From the NCBI RefSeq assembly GCF_964194155.1, contig NC_135879.1, positions 130,572,001 to 130,636,000 of the forward strand: a stretch of DNA of 64,000 nucleotides. Direction: 5' to 3'. Of the stretch, positions 1 to 11,575 are shown in pieces (the first letter of the stretch is position 1; each line of letters starts with the position of its first letter). This DNA comes from Cetorhinus maximus. Its lineage: Eukaryota. Under the pieces are notes generated by a model. It was not told where the DNA came from and did no database searches. It saw only the letters and a list, made by a program, of their open reading frames with translations. Both the position numbers and the translations under genes were made by a program.

Positions 1-2108
1 GTAGACTGACGGGGTGGTAATTTGCTGGGTTGGATTTGTCCTGCTTTTTGTGTACAGGACATACCTGGGCAATTTTTCCACATAGCCGGGTAGATGCCTA
101 TATTGTAGCTGTACTGGAACAGCTTGACTAGGGGCGCGGTAAGTTCTGGAGCACAAGTCTTCAGCACTATTGCCAGAATATTGTCAGAGCCCATAGCCTT
201 TGCAATATCCAGTGCCTTCAGCCGTTTCTTGACATCACGTGAAGTGAATCGAATTGGCTGAAGCCTGGCATCTGTGATGCTGGGGACCTCTGTAGGAGGT
301 CGAGAAAGATCATCCACTCGGCACTCCTGGCTGACAATTGTTGTGAATGCTTCAGCCTTATCCTTTGCACTGCTGTGCTGGGCTCCTCCATCATTGAGGA
401 TGGGGATATTTGTGGACCCTCCTTCTCCAGTGAGTTGTTTAATTGCCCACCACCATTCACAGCAGGATGTGGCAGAACTGCAGAGCTTAGCTCTGACCCA
501 AACACAGAAAATGCTGGAAAAACTCAGCAGGTCTGACAGCATCTGTGGAGACGTACTTGAAACGTCAACTCTGCTTCTCTCTCCACAGATGTTATCAGAT
601 CTGCTGAGTTTTTCCAGCTTTTTCTGTGTTTGTTTCAGATTTCCAGCATCCGCAGTATTTTGCTTTTATCTTAGATCTGACCCATTGGTTGTGGAATCAC
701 ATAACTCTATCAATTGCTGCTTATGCTGTTTGGCATGCATGTAGCACTGTGTTATAGCTTCACAGGGTTAACACCACATTTTTAGGTATGCCTGTTGCTG
801 CTCCTGGCATGCCCTCCTGTACTCTTCATTAAACCAGGGTTGATCCCCTGGCTTGGTGGTAACGTTAGAGTGAGGAATATGCCGGGCCGTGAATTTACAG
901 ATTGTGGTTGAGTACAATTGTGCTGCCGCTGTTGGCCCACAGCGCCTCATGATTGCCCAGTCTTGAGTTGCTAGATCTGTTTGAAATCTATCCCATTTAG
1001 CATGGTGGTAGTGCCACACAGCATGATGGAGGGTATCCTCGATGTGAAGACAGAACTTGGTCTCCACACGGTCTGTGCGGTGGTCACTCCGACTGATGCT
1101 GTCATAGAGAGGTGCAGCTGCGGTAGGCATCTTCATGAGGATGTGGTCAGGTATATTTTTCCCCTCTTGTTGGTTCCCTTAACACCTCCTGCAGACCCAG
1201 TCTAGCAGCTATGTCCTTTAGGACTCGGCCAGCTTGGTCAGTAGTGGTGCTACTGAGCCACTCTTGGTGATGGACATTGAAGTCCCCACCCAGAGTACAT
1301 TCTGAGCCCTAGTCACCCTCAGTGCTTCCTCCAAGTGGTGTTCAACATGGAGGAGCACTGATTCATCAGCTGAGGCAGGGGAAGGGGGTTTGGGCATGGC
1401 ACGTGGTAATTAGCAGAAAGTTTCCTTGCCCATGTTTGACCTGATACCATGAGATTTCATGGGATCCAGAGTCAATGTTGAGGACACCTAGGGCAGCTCC
1501 CTCCCAACTATATACCACTGTGCCACCACCTCTGCTGGGTCTGTCCTGCCGGTGGGACAGGACATAGCCAGGGATGGTGATGGTGGTGTCTGGACATTGT
1601 CTGTAAGGTATGATTCCACGAGTATAATTCTGTCAGGCTGTTGCTTGACTAGTCTGTGAGACAGCTGTCCCGATTTTAGCACAAGTCCCCAGATGTTAGC
1701 CAGGCAGACTTTGTAGGATCAGCAGGGCTGCATTTACCATTGTCATTTCCAATGCCTAGGTCAGTAGTCCATCCAGTGTCAGTCCTTTCAGACTTTTTAG
1801 CAGTTTGATACAACTGAGTGGCTTGCTAGGCCACTTCAGAGGGCATTTAAGAGTTAACCACATTGCTGTGGTCTAGGCCAGACCAGATAAGGATGGCAGA
1901 TTTTCTTCCCTAAAGGGCATTAATGAACCAGGAGGGTTTTTACAACAATCAACAATGGTTTCATGGTCATCATTAGACTTTTAATTCCAGATTTTTATTT
2001 TCAAATTTCACCATCTGCCACGATGGGATTCGAACCCCGGTCCGCAGAGCATTACCCTGGGTCTCTGGATTACTAGTCCGGCGACAACATAATTATGTCA
2101 CCGCCTCC
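1..2108 (-). mobile_element. Degenerate single-ORF LINE (RTE/RTEX-like), 5' part, with tRNA-derived 5' head
   Basis: Minus-strand APE endonuclease N-terminus (K-V-C-L-A-N-I-W-G-L...HRLVKQQPD..ILVESYL, ~1500-1712) and ORF 768-1136 (WHYHHAKWDRF...PWFNEE). Contiguous upstream with a tRNA-like head carrying B-box GGTTCGAATCC (revcomp of 2026-2036). Clade assignment is tentative. Confidence 0.8.
501..669 (+). mobile_element. Mini Penelope-like pLTR insertion with inverted 5' end
   Basis: Arms 501-550 and ~581-632 are reverse complements; 3' terminus ccagcatccgcagtattttgctttta matches the end of the large PLE (~45881-45907); flanked by cttagctctgaccca (486-500) and cttagatctgaccca (670-684). Confidence 0.85.
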
Positions 2109-2610
2109 TCCTGCATTGGAAGCTGTTCAGAGATGGTTCATTAGGCTGATTCTTGGAATAAAGGGGTTGTCTTATGAGGAAAGGTTGAGCAGGTTGGGCC
2201 TATACTCATTTGAATTTAGAAGAATAAGAGGTGATCTTATTGAAACATGTAAGATGCTGAGGCGGCACAACAGGGTAGATGCTGAGAGGATGCTTCCTCT
2301 CATGGGACATTCTAGAATTTGGGATACAGTTTAAAAATAAGGGGTTTCCCATTTAAGACAGAGATGATGAATTTCTTCTCTCAGAGGGTTGTTAGTCTTT
2401 AGAATTCTCTTCCCCTGAGAGCAGTGAGGCTGGGTTATTCAAAATATTCAAGGCTGAGTTAGTCAGATTTTTGATCGACAAGGGAGTCAAGGGATTTGAG
2501 GGTCAGACAGGAAAGTGAAGATCAGCTGTGATCTTATACTGAATGGCTAAGCAAGCTCAATAGCCGAATGGCCTACTCCTGCTCCTATTTTTTATGATCT
2601 TGTGATCTTG
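2109..2610 (+). mobile_element. CR1 LINE 3' fragment
   Basis: ORF 2095-2334 LEAVQR..GLSYEERLSRLGLYS..RRIRGDLIE (CR1 ORF2 C-terminus) and CR1-type 3' UTR ggcctactcctgctcct. Confidence 0.9.
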
Positions 2611-3597
2611 GTCCTGAAAGGATGGATGTTGAGAGAAAAGGGGCTTCTCAACCTCTTTGCCTCCTCACCTTCATAAAAGGAATGTCATAAGGAATGACCA
2701 AACTAGACACGAGTAAAACTCCATAGCTGAATAAAGACATAAGGTAACAACTGAAGTTAGGAAAGAGGGATACATTAAGTACATAGGCAGCAGGGGAGTG
2801 CGTGATCAGAGAGAAAACAAAGAGATTAGGAGGGAAGTCAAAAACAATTAGATGGCAAAGAGGAACTATGAAATTAAATTGTCAAGGAACATAAAACAAA
2901 AGAGTAAAATATTTTACAGGCATATAAATAAAAAAAGGTAGGCTTTGATGGGAATAGAACCATTAAGGGATAGACAGGATCAGGCCACAGGTAATTATAG
3001 AGAGGTGACAGGAATATTAACTGAATGTTTTGCTTTGTTGTTTATTAGGGAGATAGAACAGATAGACGTGACATTGAATTGTGAGAGGAGCAATGAGATA
3101 AGTGCATTTAAAATAAAAAAGGAATGCATTAAATAAACTAAACAAATTCAAAGAGGATAAGGGCCCTGGTACGGATGGATTGCATCCACGTATTTTAAAA
3201 GAACCTGGAAAAGAAACAATGTGGCATTACTACACATATTTAATGATATCATTAGAAAAATGTGTGGTGCCAGAAGGCTGGCAGATAGCTGATCTAATTT
3301 AAGAAAGGAGACAGAATATGCCCAGGGAACTAAAGACCAGTCTGCTGAACATTAGCAGTAAGAAAAATAATGGAATCTATACTTAAGGGGAGAATAGAAG
3401 AACATCTAGAAATGAAAAATATCACAGTGAACAGTCAGCATGGATTTCAAAAGGGAAGATCTTGCTTGTCCAACTATATTGAATTTTTTGAGGCAGTAGC
3501 AGAAAGAGAAGACATTGGTAATGCAGTAGATGTAACTTATCTGGATTTTCGAAAGATCTTTGAAGAAGTGCTCCATGATAGATTGGCTGTAATAGAT

Positions 3598-3756
3598 CTT
3601 TGACAGTTCGGCAGCCGAGTTGGCTGCGCGCCTGCCAAACTGAAAATCTAAATGATGCGCAGTGACATGGGGATGCACGCCCAACGTCACCCCACATCAT
3701 TTTACACCTCGGCGAGCAGGACCTGCCCCTGCTCGCCGAGCCGAAGATCCTGCCCC
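3598..3756. mobile_element. Truncated GC-rich MITE (right end only)
   Basis: Similar to the 3' part of the 4076-4780 and 16468-17067 elements (tgacag.tcggc...catcattttaca..cggcgagcagg..ctgcccc). Confidence 0.65.
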
Positions 3757-4075
3757 TGGATTCCAATATAGGCAAATGTGAGGTCATCCACTTTGGACCT
3801 AAAATGGATAGAACAGAATACTGTCTAAACAGTGGATGTCCTGAGACTTGGGGGTCCAAGGAAACACATCATTAAAATAAAGGTACAGAAAATAATCAAA
3901 AACATTAATGGGATGCTGGTCTTTATATATAGAGGACTAGAATACAAGGTGATAGATGCCATGCTTCAACTAGACAAAACCATGGTTAGGGCTATACTTT
4001 GCCTATACCTTAGGTAGGATATTGGCCTTGGAGGGAGTGCAGCATAGATTTAATAGAATGATACTTGGACTCTAA

Positions 4076-4780
4076 GGGCAGAATTTTCTGCCTGCCGGGC
4101 GGGCGGGCCCGACTCAATCTCCAGCGGGCGAGGAGCTGATCCCCGCCGGAGAAGCGGGCCCTGCTGCCATTTTACGTGGGCGGGCCAATTAAGGCCCGCC
4201 CAGCGTGACGTCCACCGGGAAGCTCTATGCACTTCCTGTGCGGGTGGGGGGGATTCCCCAAAAGCGAGAGTGCGCTCTTTCGCGCATGCGCACGAAAGAG
4301 CGCACATTTCCCTGAGGCTAAGTGCTGCCTCAGGGAGATCGCTGACAGTTTTAAAAACATTAAAAATAGAAATAAAAATCCTTAACATGTCCCCCTCATG
4401 TGACAATGTCACATGAGATGGGACATGTTCATAAATTACACTGAAACTTTATTAAACTTTTTAAATCCCTACATGAAACCTCATCCTGCCAGTGGATGAG
4501 GTTTCAGGTATTTTCTATTCCCCGCTGGGGCTCCTGGCCAACCCGCCAACCTTAAGGTTGGACGGGCAGGTCCTTTAATTGTTTAAATGATCCTGTCAAT
4601 GGCCTCAATTGGCCATTGACAGGTTGGCAGGCCCGCAGCTGATTTTGCTGTGCCCCCGCCTTCCTGAAGATTTAAATGGGGCGGGATGACGTTGGGGGTT
4701 CCCCCTGACATCATCCCGCGTCAATTTACGCGTTGGCGAGCGGGCCCCGCCCCCTGTTCGCCGACAGCAAAATTCAGCCC
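4076..4780. mobile_element. PIF/Harbinger-type MITE
   Basis: TIRs GGGCAGAATTTT ... AAAATTCAGCCC with 3-bp TSD TAA (4073-4075 and 4781-4783), inserted in CR1. Confidence 0.85.
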
Positions 4781-5619
4781 TAAGGGTTTAGTCACGAGAG
4801 AGGTTAAACCAAGGAAAGTTGTATTCTCTGGAATTTAAAAGGTTAAGGGGTGCTTTGATCAAATTTTTCAGGTACTAAAGGAAATAGATTGGGTAGGTAG
4901 AGAGAAATAATTTCCAGAATTTCGGAAGTCTCGGATTAGGAGGCATCATCTAAAAATTAGAACCAGACCTTTCAGGTCTGAAATTTAGAAACATTTCTTT
5001 TTGCAAAGAGTGGTAGAAGTTTGGAAGTCTCTTCTGCAAAGGGCAATTGATGCTGGATCAATTATTAATTTTAAAACTGAGATTTTTATTAACCAAAGAT
5101 ATTAAGGCATACGAGCAAAGGCATGCATATGGAGTTAGGTCACAGATCAGCCATGATTTCATTGAATGGCGAAACAGGTTTGAGGAGCTAAATGGCCTAC
5201 TCCTGCTCCTAGGTCCTAAGTTGCTGTACACACGTTCTTTGCCTCTTTCCCTCACAGGCACACAGACACACACATACACATCAACTTTCTGTTTCAGAAA
5301 AATCGCTCACTACCTGAATAAAGATTTTGAAATTTATTTTTTAGCTTCTATTAAGGTTAGAACATTATCAACAATGGAGTTAAGGTGGGAGAAGCTAAAA
5401 AGGGAAACAGTAAAATGAAGACACTTAAAAAGAGAGACCATATTCTCCAATTTATTGTGTCCACCATCCTAGGTGATTCATTCCCTCGAACGTGAGGAAG
5501 TCTAAAAAGGTTCAACAGATTTTCTACTTACAATACATGTTACCTTAGATATAAACTGATTCACTTTCTCTCCCTTTTTTTCCACTTCCTGTGTGGTACA
5601 TTGTGGAAGTGGAAGTAAG

Positions 5620-5900
5620 CAGTGTTGTTAATGGTGAAGTTGGGTGTTTAAAGCCCAGCTCAGGGTGGAATAGGATAACGAGATTGAGAATGATCTGGTT
5701 AAAAATGAAAAAGTGGCTGGGGAGGGGATGGACTCAGGGATAAAGGAACTAACTTTATGCTGGAGGCCAAAGATGAAACTTTCCAACTTCCTAATTTTGA
5801 ACTGGAGGGAGTTCTCATTCATGCAGGATTTCATTGCACAGGCAGTTTGACTGGACAGTTGTAACTGAGGGGTCAAGATAAGAGGTGAAGAAATAGAGCT
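5620..5900 (-). mobile_element. L2-like LINE RT fragment
   Basis: Reverse complement resembles the L2 segment at 16230-16460 (atgaatgagaactccctccagttcaaaattaggaag vs atgagtggaaattttctccaactaaatattgggaag). Confidence 0.55.
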
Positions 5901-7314
5901 ATGTGTGATTAGCAAACCTTTGCCTGTAGATGATGCCACTGTTTCAGCCTCCCAGATCCTCCCTTGTGTTCCAGAATCCACCCACCCTCCAAGAGCTACC
6001 ATAACCCACCTACTTCTAGCATTTCTAAACACCAATGCCCGTGTGGTATTGCAAGTGCTTATGTCCTCACTGCCCCACCACCCCTGCACCCCACCCCCGA
6101 CTGGCCCTGTCTGTTTTCAGACTCTTGTCGCTGAGCTCTCCCAGACCAACTTTTCAATTACTCCTTGAGTATTGTTGTTGACGACAGCATCAGTGCCTTC
6201 CTTACCTCAAGGTCTCAAAGTCCATGCGCAATCTCTCCATTCCTGTTCCTAAAACCCAGTCATCTTAAAATACCTGGCATATTCCCAGATACCAACCTTC
6301 AATCCCCAGTCCACCCATGATTATTTTCAGCTCCACTGCTCCCTTTTACTACTGCCCAGGCTCCAAACCCAAGCCCTTTGCTTCATCCCTGTGGCAGCAT
6401 TCCAGTTTCCTCCGAGCCTGGCCCTTACCAATACCTTAATTGACTGCCCATATTGCTGCAGCATTTTCTTCCAATTCAATATTGGTTGTATTCCAGCTTC
6501 CTGTCTGCCTGAGGTCTAAAAGAGACAGGAGAGGCATATTAGGGGTAATTTTACAACATGACACTGCTGACATGTATAAAGCGAATGGATGGAAACTCAT
6601 GGGGGGTCTGTGTGGAATTCTTGTGATATGCCCATTCTCATGCCAGCAATGAAAATTGTATTGAAGACATCATTGAGGGAACATGTGTGAGAATCACACA
6701 GAAATCTTGGAGACAAACAAAAGAGATAAAAGACCGAAGGGAAGAGAGACTTAAGGAAGAATAAAACAGAATTAATGAATAAATTTGGCCTGTGTGATAC
6801 ACTTAGCCTTGGATCCACACCCCGTGTGTTAGTTTAAGTGCCACATGGGGCCAACGCGTAACCTTGAGATCTGCGGGGAGGTCACCCACCCTGATGGCAG
6901 TTAAATTCTGGAGTTTCCCATATAGAGCAGGCAAGCACCCGATAATTCCCCCAGTTGCACATAAACCCACCTGCTAATGAGGTACTTTCCCACTGACTCC
7001 AGCAGGGCCAGTGCTAGGGGACACTGGCAGATGCAATCCTGGCATATCTACCAGGATTATGGCTTGTGCATTTTCAGGGTTTGTGGTGGGAATGGGAAAG
7101 AGGGAAAAAAGTTCAGAGTACAGCACAAAAAAGAATGGAAAATGAGGAAAATGAAGAGAAACAGTTACAGGAAGAGGTTTTATGTTGTTTGCACAAAATG
7201 TCAAAGGAGATCAATTGTGTGGGTGTAGGGAGAGGCTTCAGAGATAATATATAATGTGTTATGTAGTACAGCACTCCTACCATTTCACAAGCTATGTCAT
7301 GTAGTTCCAGTAGT

Positions 7315-7362
7315 GTAGATAGATTAGATTGATAGATAGGTAAATAGATAGACACATAGATA
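7315..7362. repeat. Degenerate (TAGA)n microsatellite
   Basis: tagatagattagattgatagataggtaaatagatagac. Confidence 0.7.
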
Positions 7363-7650
7363 ATAATTCATTGTTAGTGGCTTGCATTACATGATATAGA
7401 TGTTTTTTCCAGCATTATTGTACACCTTGTAGATGATGAATTTTGACACCGACCTATCCAATGTGCTGTTTCAGCAACAATGTTTAAACAGCCCATAGCT
7501 AGAAGTCCAGAAGCAGCTAATCATTGACAGAGATCAGATATAACCACGCACTTAAACTACTGCTTGGTTCACTTTTAATGGAGCCAGACTGCCGTGTTTC
7601 AGTGTTGTTTTTACAATAATGAACTGACTCAGGTCTGTTTTGGGATCCAC

Positions 7651-8412
7651 ATGCGCACGATGAGTGAGCGTGGGTTAAAGAGACTTTTCATAGCTCTCCT
7701 TTTGCTTTATATTGGAGCAAACGTTGCTGTTCAAGGAGATCCAGGGGCAGGAAAGGCTGTCTGGGAAAACAAATGGAGCCACAATTATATGAAGAATAGC
7801 AAGCTTTTTTTGTATGACACCTTTCCCAGAAACTTTATGTGGGGTGTGGGAAGTTCTGCATTTCAGATCGAAGGAAGTTGGAAGACGGATGGAAAAGGAC
7901 CTTCTGTCTGGGATCACTTTACCCACACTGAATACTTCAGATTCAACAACGCAACTGCAGATATCTCCAGTAACAGCTACAACTCCTTAGACAAGGACTT
8001 GACAGCTCTCGAATCCCTGGGAGTCACTTTTTACCTCTTCTCCATCTCCTGGCCCCGTCTATTTCCAAATGGAATGGTGGGGTCTGTCAACAACAAGGGT
8101 TTTCAGTACTACAATACACTTATCGACTCCCTGATACAGAGAAAAATAATTCCCATTGTCACCCTCTACCACTGGGATCTGCCTTTAGCATTGCAAGAGC
8201 AGTACGGAGGCTGGAGCAGCGAGGCAATGATTGATATATTTAATGAATATGCTAAATTCTGCTTTCAGGCGTTTGGGGATCGTGTTAAATTTTGGATCAC
8301 CATCTACAATCCTTTTCTAATTGCCTGGCATGGATACAAAACAGGGAAATATCCCCCTGGACAGAAAGAGAACCTTGCAGCAATGTATACCGTAGGGCAC
8401 AACTTGATTAAG
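7651..8412 (+). CDS. KLB: Beta-klotho coding exon 1 (signal peptide + KL1 N-half)
   Basis: [22 protein letters not shown] signal peptide; GH1 motifs [34 protein letters not shown]; TIYNP (acid/base Glu absent, as in Klotho KL1); donor AAG|GTAAAC at 8413. Start is ATG 7651 or 7660. Confidence 0.92.
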
Positions 8413-8595
8413 GTAAACAAAACAGAAATTTCTTTTCTTGACTTCTTTCATTTAACGTTACAGAAATGTTCCGCTTTTCTCCAAAATGAATGACATGTTA
8501 TTGAAATCATGGGAACATACGGCCTTGATTTTTGGGAACATTAATCTGTTAATGGATCATTAATTATGGAGATAACAGACATTCCCCTGCTGTTA

Positions 8596-8733
8596 TAATA
8601 AAAGCAGAAAGTGCTGGAAATAATCAGCATGACTGGCAGCGTCTGTGGAGAGAGAAACAGAATGTTTCGAGTCAAGTATGACTTCTTCAGAACACCTTGC
8701 AGTTTCCAGCATCTGCAGCATTTTGCTTTTATT
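8596..8733 (-). mobile_element. Penelope pLTR relic with inverted end and degenerate hammerhead
   Basis: aaaagcagaaagtgctggaaa ... tttccagcatctgcagcattttgctttt inverted ends; minus-strand CTGAAGA-AGTCATACTTGACTC-GAAAC. Confidence 0.7.
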
Positions 8734-9619
8734 CTCCTGCTTTTCATGGAAAAGGGATTTTACTCTGGATGATGTTTATGTAGCTCTTGATTTGTGGCCT
8801 TGTCCCTGCCTCGAGTGCCCTCGATCCCCTTCAAGTGTTTCAGAGTATCATCTCAAAGATTGAGACTGTTTACTCTTCCTTCCCTCCCCTCCCTCAACTT
8901 CTCATTATATTCAAGTCACCACATGAATATAAGCTCTTGTTGGCCAGATGGCCTGACTCCAGAATAATATTAATACTGTGTAAAAGGTTTTAAAAATTGT
9001 CTTGTATAACTTTTAAATTAAATAAGAAGCACTAAATAAATTGTTCATTATTTATAATTTGTCCTCTACAATGTTTATTTTTCTGAAAGCAGTCTATGGA
9101 GTAGGTTCTAAAGTATCTAAACAGACTATAACTATAGCAGGGGTGTCCAACCTTTTTGTTATTGTACTCCATTTAGCTATGTAACCTGGAATCCCATTGG
9201 AGGTGTATGCTAGTTGTGTACCATGAAGTGTCCCGCATGTCAAATATATGCTAGTACCATGTACCATGGAGTAGCATGGGAACACTTATTACAATTTTGG
9301 AATGAAGTTTCCTTACATGGCACAACAGTACAGCTGTATATTTCCCATTTAAACATATTCTTCAATAATAGAGTATACAGAGGGTTTACTCCAGTCCTGG
9401 TGTATTTTCAGCAACGCAGTAACAAGCTGGGAGAGTGGAATTCCTGTCTATTTTAGGCTGGTGGCACCCTTTGTCCAGAGGTTCTCCTCCCACCTTTTCT
9501 GGGGTAAATTTTTTGAGGTATCAAATAGCAGCAGCTCCCAATCCCCAACCACTGAGCACCTTCAAATGTCTCAAACAAAAAGTGACTGAAGTAGAGATTT
9601 ATTTCACATTAAAGCATAC

Positions 9620-10066
9620 CAGGGTGACCAGCTGTTGCAAAAATAAGGGACACTCTGGCATGGGGGAACAGGGCGGTGAAGAGGTGGGGGGATTTGCTGC
9701 CAGCGCTGTGAGGGTTGTCGGGGGGGTGGGAGGAGAGAACGCAGTGGTGGTGGTACTGCCAGAGCTGTGAGGGTTGTGCGGGGGTGGGGGGGGGCAGAAT
9801 GCGGTGGTGGTGGTGGTACTGCCAGAGCTGTGAGAGCACAGTGGAGTTCCAGAGCTGTGAGGAGGGGGGAGCAGGGGGTGGGGGGTGGTTATTGGTATTT
9901 CCAGAGCTGTGAGGAGTGAAAACTGAAGGAGATCAGTCATTGCACATGCACAAGATTTAAAAGCCCAAGTTGCATGAAAAATGGTGTCCCGGATTCATGC
10001 AGCCTGGGACCTGGGACAGTGGGTTCAATTACAATCCTGTAAAAGAAAGGACAGTTGGTCACTCTG
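9620..10066. mobile_element. Non-autonomous hAT (Blackjack-like) element with internal GC-rich repeats
   Basis: TIRs CAGGGTGACCA ... TGGTCACTCTG; 8-bp TSD-like aagcatac / acacatac; five ccag(a/c)gctgtgag units inside. Confidence 0.7.
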
Positions 10067-11125
10067 ACACATACAGGAATTTCCATTTTAGGTTTGAAGT
10101 TTAAAAGCTAAAATGATACTGCATGCACATAGACGTCAGGTCCAGCTTATCTGTCGTTTTATTGATGCTTGATAAGTACTGCTTATTCTCCCACACACCT
10201 CCAAAATGAAACTACTTTTCTCTGTATTAATCACTTTCTCTCTTTCTTTACTCTATTCCCTTTCCCTAGAAAACTGCTCCAAAACTTTTAGTTACAGGAG
10301 AAAATATGTCCCAGTAGATGCAGTCAATCATCACAGGAATGATGGTTCTTGGGCTAGGTAGTCAAGTCTCATGGACTACCTTTAAATCAGGAATTTAGTT
10401 TGAACACTTAAGCACCAAGGAGCACTTTGCAAAAGACAATGGCTGTGAAAATCCATAGTAACTCCAGTGGGAGACCAGCAAAACCACCACAAAATTTCAT
10501 GCCCCGAATGTTTGGGGTAATTTGGGAATTTGTTGCTTCCCCAAGTCAGTTGACGGAGGATTCTGCTGTGTGTAGAACAGAACCATGTGCAAAATTTCTC
10601 AAGGTGCTGTTATCGGAGGACGTTGAGAAGGCAGCAGTAGAGAAATTATAGGAGGTGATCAAAGGTATGATTGTAAGCACAATTTTGAGCAGTTGGGCAG
10701 AGAGATGGCAAGAAGGAGCAGTTTTGCAAATAAAGAATGAACAAATTTGCCTTTGCATGCCACCTTAAGGACTAGTTTTTAAAGTGCAGCCACGTTGTGT
10801 AGGTAAATGTAGAAAGTCAATTTTTGCATAGCAGGATCCCATAAACATCAAAATAGAAGAGGAAAACTCCAAATGCCAGGAATCTGAAATAAACAGAAAC
10901 AGTTGAAGATACAATGGGGCATCCTGCACCTGAACAGAGAAAAAAACAGATTATGATGTTTCAGGAATACAATCTTACTGTAACCAGCTGTGAATTTCCA
11001 ACATTTTCTCTATTTGTTCCGCAAATGAGAAAAATGACTATTTAAACTGTTTATTTTAGTGGTGATGGTTATAGAAGTGTCTGCCAACATCCAGAGAGCT
11101 CCATGCTTATGGAGCAGTCTTCTTC

Positions 11126-11575
11126 TTGTCTTATGAGGAAAGGTTGGACAGGCTAGGCTTGTGTCTGCTGGAGTTTAGAAGAGTAAGAAGTGAGTTGATT
11201 AAAACATATAAGATCCTGAGCGGTCTTAACAGGGTGGATGTGGAGAGGATGCTTCCTCTTGTGGGAGAATCTAGTACTAGGGACCACCGTTTAAAAATAA
11301 GGGGTTGCCCATTTAAGACAGATATGAGGAGAATTTTTTTTTTGGAGGTTTGTGAGCTTTTGGGACTCTTTTCCTCAAAAGGCGGTGGAAACAGAGTCTG
11401 AATATTTTTAAGGTGGAGTTAGATAGATTCTTGATAAGCAAGAGGGTGAAAGGTTATCGGGGGTAGGTGGGAATGTTGAGTTGAGGTTACAGTCAGATCA
11501 TCCATGATATTATTGAATGGTGGTGCAGGCTCGAAGGGCCGAGTGGCCTACTCCTAATTTGTATGTCCATATGCT
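11126..11575 (+). mobile_element. CR1 LINE 3' fragment
   Basis: SYEERLDRLGL..LEFRRVRSELI ORF plus CR1 3' UTR. Confidence 0.9.

Larger units (their letters stand above)
2700..5220 (+). mobile_element. Degenerate CR1 LINE, interrupted by two MITEs
   Basis: RT fragments SQHGFQKGRSCLSN..VDVTYLDFRK (3370-3603); CR1 3' tail near 5195-5212. Confidence 0.85.

Noticed and set aside
2020-2108. tRNA gene (also near 40320, 53700, 61760, 62800)
   Set aside because: A/B boxes are present but there is no complete cloverleaf, and each is part of a SINE or LINE.
4076-4780. CpG island, promoter or bacterial contamination
   Set aside because: TIRs, a TSD and multiple dispersed copies identify a MITE.
7594-7650. 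ORF-track start of KLB at 7594
   Set aside because: It is a GTG codon; the first in-frame ATGs are 7651 and 7660.
9138-9158. hAT-Charlie-like TIR CAGGGGTGTCCAACCT
   Set aside because: No matching second TIR or TSD was found nearby.
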